Assembly (NCBI GenBank): GCA_963823665.1
Contig: CAWGMQ010000010.1
Location: forward strand, 1,824,001 to 1,888,000
Direction of reading: 5' to 3'
DNA: 64,000 nucleotides
Origin: an uncultured Planctomycetota bacterium
Lineage (GTDB): Bacteria > Planctomycetota > Planctomycetia > Isosphaerales > Isosphaeraceae
The stretch's first letter is position 1. Every line of letters starts with the position of its first letter. Below the pieces are notes generated by a model that was given only the letters and a program-made list of their open reading frames with translations, was not told the origin of the DNA and ran no database searches. Both the position numbers and the translations under genes were made by a program. Below are positions 63,236-64,000 of this stretch, one piece after another.

Positions 63236-64000
63236 TCGAGCGGAGTGGCCGCTCTGTAAGTTAAATGAATATAATTAGATAGGGATAGAGCGAGGTGCTC
63301 TTCCACGATGACAAGAATCCCTTGGCACGAGCCACACGAAATTGCCATTTTCGATTGCGGGTATTGTTCACTATGTTTTTGGGCGGTTTTTTCATGGCAC
63401 TCGAACGGGGATCCACGGTGCCAACGCAGCCTCGGGTACGCGGTCTTTCCGGCGCACAAGCCCGCCGCCGCCGCCTTCGGCGGCACCTCTCACGCATGGC
63501 CGGATGACGGAGCGAAGGGCGACAATGCGTGTGCGGACCGTCCGGGTTTGATGAAACGCCTGCGGGCGGGGGGAAATGGGGGGCGCCGGCAGAAACGCCG
63601 TCAGGCGTAAGTTGTATGAGCGACAAGAGATGCGTCAGATTGGCGTTCGGGGCGAAACGGTGCCGTCAGACGTAAGTCCAATCCCAGTAAGGCGCTGACG
63701 GCATGACGGCACTTTCCTGGGGTGCGCATTCGTGTTGTGGGGGGTACTCGGCGGGCGCGTGTTGGGTGAGACGGAGACTGATCGCGGCCGGAAGCTGGGC
63801 TGCGCGGTCTGCGCTCGCGCGAGCCCCCACCGGGGTGGAATGCGATTGCGTGGCTGGTCGGGTTCGTTCCCTTAACCCTTGTGGGCAAAGGACGCGCGTC
63901 GAATATACAAAACGAACGGTCATGCCAGGAGGCAGGGGCATCCAGCCCCGTGAAAGTGCGTGAATGCACGGTCCAGCCGTGGGAGCTCAATTCTCAGAGT

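Overview
GC-rich bacterial DNA whose gene content (DUF1501, DUF1549/DUF1553, DUF1559, DUF4058, membrane-anchored ECF sigma factors with long C-terminal extensions, 'LE.R..L' secreted proteins, GTAG-type REPs) points to a planctomycete, probably Isosphaeraceae/Singulisphaera-like (inference). It is mostly accessory DNA; purU is the only clear housekeeping gene. Main contents: amrB/MEMO1 plus an alpha/beta hydrolase behind a sigma54-like promoter; a translationally coupled blaI-blaR1(M56)-DUF1549/1553-DUF1501 operon with a palindromic operator; a glycoside-hydrolase-like protein; a prenyltransferase-repeat/FHA pair; an ELWxxDGT surface protein; TIGR03032; a HipBA-like toxin-antitoxin pair; three ECF sigma fusions plus a remnant; two tandem ~1100-aa paralogues; and ankyrin proteins. 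A mosaic 46-63 kb zone holds partial duplications, gene fragments, tyrosine-recombinase relics and a DUF4145-GspE fusion. Many genes carry 1-bp frameshifts, which may be sequencing errors, while premature stops and internal deletions suggest some real decay. No rRNA, tRNA, CRISPR array or intact transposase was recognised. No new system can be proven from sequence alone. The best candidates are the BlaI/BlaR1-controlled DUF1553/DUF1501 module, the RRE-like-MEMO1/hydrolase unit, the REP read in-frame inside an ECF gene, the tandem giant lipoprotein-like pair and the DUF4145-GspE chimera. All family names come from motif recognition, not database searches.
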